From the NCBI GenBank assembly GCA_963662715.1, contig OY759724.1:570001-602000 (forward strand): a stretch of DNA of 32,000 nucleotides, read 5' to 3'. Every line of letters starts with the position of its first letter. Position 1 is the first letter of the stretch. The notes under the pieces are model-generated. The model was not told the DNA's origin. It did not search any database and worked only from the letters and a program-made list of their open reading frames with translations. Positions 29,914 through 32,000 of the stretch are shown piece after piece. The stretch is from Candidatus Omnitrophota bacterium (lineage in GTDB: Bacteria; Omnitrophota; Gorgyraeia; Zapsychrales; JANLHA01). The translations under genes were made by a program, and so were the position numbers.

Positions 29914-30336
29914 TTAAATACTCCTTGCCTCCTGATACGCCCTATTAACGAAACAGACCAATTCATGGTCATTAAACGGTTTTTGCAAGAAACCCACTGC
30001 CCCTGTTTTTAAAGCCTGGTCTCTAATCCCGCCCGTTTTGTCAGCTGTAATGATGATGACTGGACGAGTGGATCCGGATTTGATCATTCTCTTTATCGTT
30101 TCCCATCCATCCATCATGGGCAGGTGTATGTCCAGGATCAAACACCCTTGCACGCTGTTCGGGACAGCGCTAAAAAATTCTTCTGCGGAACAGAATGTCC
30201 TCACCGTGAATCCGTAAGTAACCATAAGGATTTTGAGTGCAGCGCACACGGACTCATCGTCATCCACAATGTAAATTGTTTTCTTAGCTGTGGATATTTC
30301 ATCTGAAGCCGTAAGCCGTAATTCATCTACTTGCAT
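29914..30336 (-). CDS. Orphan FixJ-like response-regulator receiver domain (no output domain)
   Basis: 140 aa. Has IYIVDDDE, CLILDIHLPMMDG (canonical Asp present), VIIITAD and LQKPF. No HTH follows. Confidence 0.85.
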   Translation of the reverse strand: MQVDELRLTASDEISTAKKTIYIVDDDESVCAALKILMVTYGFTVRTFCSAEEFFSAVPNSVQGCLILDIHLPMMDGWETIKRMIKSGSTRPVIIITADKTGGIRDQALKTGAVGFLQKPFNDHELVCFVNRAYQEARSI

Positions 30337-30375
30337 ATTCGCCTTCTTTGCTTGACCGTTAACAATTAATATTTG

Positions 30376-30729
30376 CTATCTGCTCGCCTGGGTTGCAGGT
30401 ATCTCCTGAAGCAAAAGCTCACGTATTCGATTCCATTTTCTCATTTGAGATCGCGTCAGGACTTCACTTAATTTTGTATATAGGTGCGAATCCAATGGTG
30501 ACGATTGAGCCTGAGTAAGGCCCTTCTCCAATTGTGGTGTTATATTTTGGCGTTCAGCCATATTCTCTTCAATAATCAGTTTCACTTTATCAAATTGTTC
30601 TTCGGTCAAATTTAATTCTGTCTTTATCTTTGAAACAATATGTTCTGCGCTAGGCCATTCTTGCGCATAGACAGATACACTTAAAATAAAAGATGCAATT
30701 AAAACAAAGACTGTTATTTTTCCTTTCAT
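30376..30729 (-). CDS. Secreted LTXXQ-motif (Spy/CpxP-like) periplasmic protein
   Basis: I start it at MKGKITVFVLIASFILSVSVYAQE (ATG 30729, RBS GAAGGAGAA). It has a signal peptide with a VYA-QE cleavage-like site. The motifs LNLTEEQ and LTRSQ sit in a helical, charged protein. Confidence 0.6.
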   Translation of the reverse strand: MKGKITVFVLIASFILSVSVYAQEWPSAEHIVSKIKTELNLTEEQFDKVKLIIEENMAERQNITPQLEKGLTQAQSSPLDSHLYTKLSEVLTRSQMRKWNRIRELLLQEIPATQASR

Positions 30730-30802
30730 AGTATTTTCTCCTTCTTTTTTTAAAAAATGAATGCGTTTAACTATCAAAATATAGTTCAGACTTTTTTATT
30801 GA

Positions 30803-30946
30803 CTAAAAATGTTTCTCCATTGCAGGAAAGATTTCAAAAAATGCTGTCCCAATAAAATAGGCGATGATGATAACTACTAACGCTATTAGGAAATATTTCC
30901 AGGATGAATCCGATTTAAATAAAGCTTTCTTTTCTTTTTTGTCCAT
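30803..30946 (-). CDS. Possible 47-aa single-TM peptide, first gene after the shared promoter module
   Basis: Below the track cutoff. RBS GAGGAAAA precedes the ATG at 30946. It translates to MDKKEKKALFKSDSSWKYFLIALVVIIIAYFIGTAFFEIFPAMEKHF. Confidence 0.4.
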   Translation of the reverse strand: MDKKEKKALFKSDSSWKYFLIALVVIIIAYFIGTAFFEIFPAMEKHF

Positions 30947-31010
30947 GGATTTTCCTCAACTTTTTATTTTGTTCCTTGACCTAAGCACCTTGCCTTCTTC
31001 CTTTTAATTA

Positions 31011-31055
31011 CATTGTAGACCTGATCTATAAAGTATCAATTGTACCGAGGTATAA
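31011..31055 (-). promoter_or_regulatory. Candidate promoter plus upstream box for the envelope-type operon (second copy of the module)
   Basis: The minus strand reads TTATACCTCGGTACAATTG-N18-CTACAATG. This gives a possible -35 TTGATA, a 16-nt spacer and a -10 TACAAT. The spacing is identical to 24010..24054. Confidence 0.45.
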
Positions 31056-31091
31056 CCCTGCCTGTGGCTGAATGAGTTGAGAATAAATCCT

Positions 31092-31229
31092 TTACCATGA
31101 TGACCCCGGCAGATTTGAAGGCTTCATTTCAATACGTACACGCGGTAAATATTCAGGAAATTTATTTTGTAAAAATTCAAGAAGTTTTTCCCTAACCTCA
31201 CAGCGTAAATTCCATGCCGTCAGAAACAA
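31092..31229 (-). pseudogene. Relic of the C-terminus of an MscS-family mechanosensitive channel
   Basis: The tail of the 79-aa track ORF reads ...FLTAWNLRCEVREKLLEFLQNKFPEYLPRVRIE. This resembles the conserved C-terminal W(D/N)LRC.VREKL..FLQ...P..LPR.R block of one MscS subfamily. There is no channel body upstream, and the ORF start overlaps the ktrA-like gene. Confidence 0.35.
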
Positions 31230-31276
31230 CCCCCGATGGCTTCTCCACCCACCCGCAGCCGTTAAAACTATTGCAA

Positions 31277-31963
31277 TCAGTTCGTAGAGCCGGCATCCTT
31301 GCCAGCCTGCTGCACTGACTCCGGCTGCCAACGTTTCTGCAACGCGGGCATATTTTTACTGTGCGTTAGAATCACAACCTCGTCACCTATGCGGAATGTT
31401 GTTGTTTCATCTGCATGTGAAAACTTGCCATCACGGTAATAGCAGATAACCTTGGCTTCGGCCGGCAATTTCAAGGCCTTAGCTGCGACCGCATCTTCCT
31501 CCTTTGCAACAAAGGTGAAAAACCGGGCCTCTTCCTTGATAATCGTGGAAAGCTCAACGTTTTCAGTGCCGCCGGCCATGTCCTCCAGGTAACGGCTGAT
31601 TGTACGAAAGGGGACGATCGTGTCCTTCAGTCCTACCTCACAACAGATAGCCTCAAATTGCGGATCGCCGATACTCGTCACAACCCGCTTGAACCCGAGG
31701 GAGCGGCCGACGATGCTGGCGATGACGTTATCCTGGTCGCTGTCGGTAAGGCAAAATAGGATGTCGGTCTGCGTGGGATTGACTTCGCGCAGGATGTTCG
31801 GCTGACTGCCATTACCTTGCAGGAAGCTGCAGTCCATATCTTCGGATAATTCATCAATTTTTGCCTTATCGTTCTCGATAATGACAACTTCGTGGCCATT
31901 TTTGATCAGCTCTTTGGCTGTTCCAATACTCACTTTTCCGGCTCCAACAAAAACGATTCTCAT
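31277..31963 (-). CDS. TrkA/KtrA-type K+ transport NAD-binding (RCK) protein
   Basis: 228 aa. Has the Rossmann motif IVFVGAGKVSIG, a TrkA-N domain and then a TrkA-C-like domain (VELSTIIKE...ICYYRDGKF...GDEVVILT). The length fits KtrA. Confidence 0.85.
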   Translation of the reverse strand: MRIVFVGAGKVSIGTAKELIKNGHEVVIIENDKAKIDELSEDMDCSFLQGNGSQPNILREVNPTQTDILFCLTDSDQDNVIASIVGRSLGFKRVVTSIGDPQFEAICCEVGLKDTIVPFRTISRYLEDMAGGTENVELSTIIKEEARFFTFVAKEEDAVAAKALKLPAEAKVICYYRDGKFSHADETTTFRIGDEVVILTHSKNMPALQKRWQPESVQQAGKDAGSTN

Positions 31964-32000
31964 GTTACCTCCATTCTTTTACCAAACCATGTTCCAGGAT

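Overview
A 32-kb window from an AT-rich bacterial genome. Every credible gene lies on the minus strand. In the direction of transcription (high to low coordinates) the content is as follows. (1) A ktrA/trkA-like gene and a decayed MscS-type relic. (2) An envelope-type module: small membrane peptides, an LTXXQ/Spy-like periplasmic protein, an orphan CheY-like receiver and a LapA-like protein. (3) A membrane-anchored B12-binding radical SAM enzyme, then an atypical receiver (phospho-acceptor Asp replaced by Glu) translationally coupled to a 65-aa Cys-rich protein, then membrane proteins and lipoproteins. (4) About 1 kb of gene-poor DNA holding decayed gene relics. (5) A dnaK-groES-groEL operon with trailing small stress and membrane proteins, including an untracked 42-aa Cys-rich ORF. 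(6) A partly deleted second copy of a fdx / membrane protein / sodB / pfkB cluster. (7) A complete, sharply GC-rich N-type ATPase operon (atpD-C-Q-R-B-E-F-A-G, no delta) with an HPF/RaiA-like gene wedged between atpA and atpG, and Lys/Glu/Pro-rich tails on beta, b and alpha. (8) pyk, then the full copy of the duplicated cluster (fdx, ldhA, DUF5661-like, membrane protein, sodB, J-protein, gpmA, pfkB), a trkH/ktrB-like gene and the start of a YHS-domain protein. I saw no rRNA, tRNA, CRISPR array, transposase or integrase. The most interesting signals are the laterally acquired-looking N-ATPase island with its non-canonical additions, the segmental duplication that brackets it, a 45-nt promoter-like module shared by two stress operons, and the radical SAM / pseudo-receiver / Cys-peptide trio. 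All functional calls rest on my own motif recognition in the translated ORFs; no database search was run.
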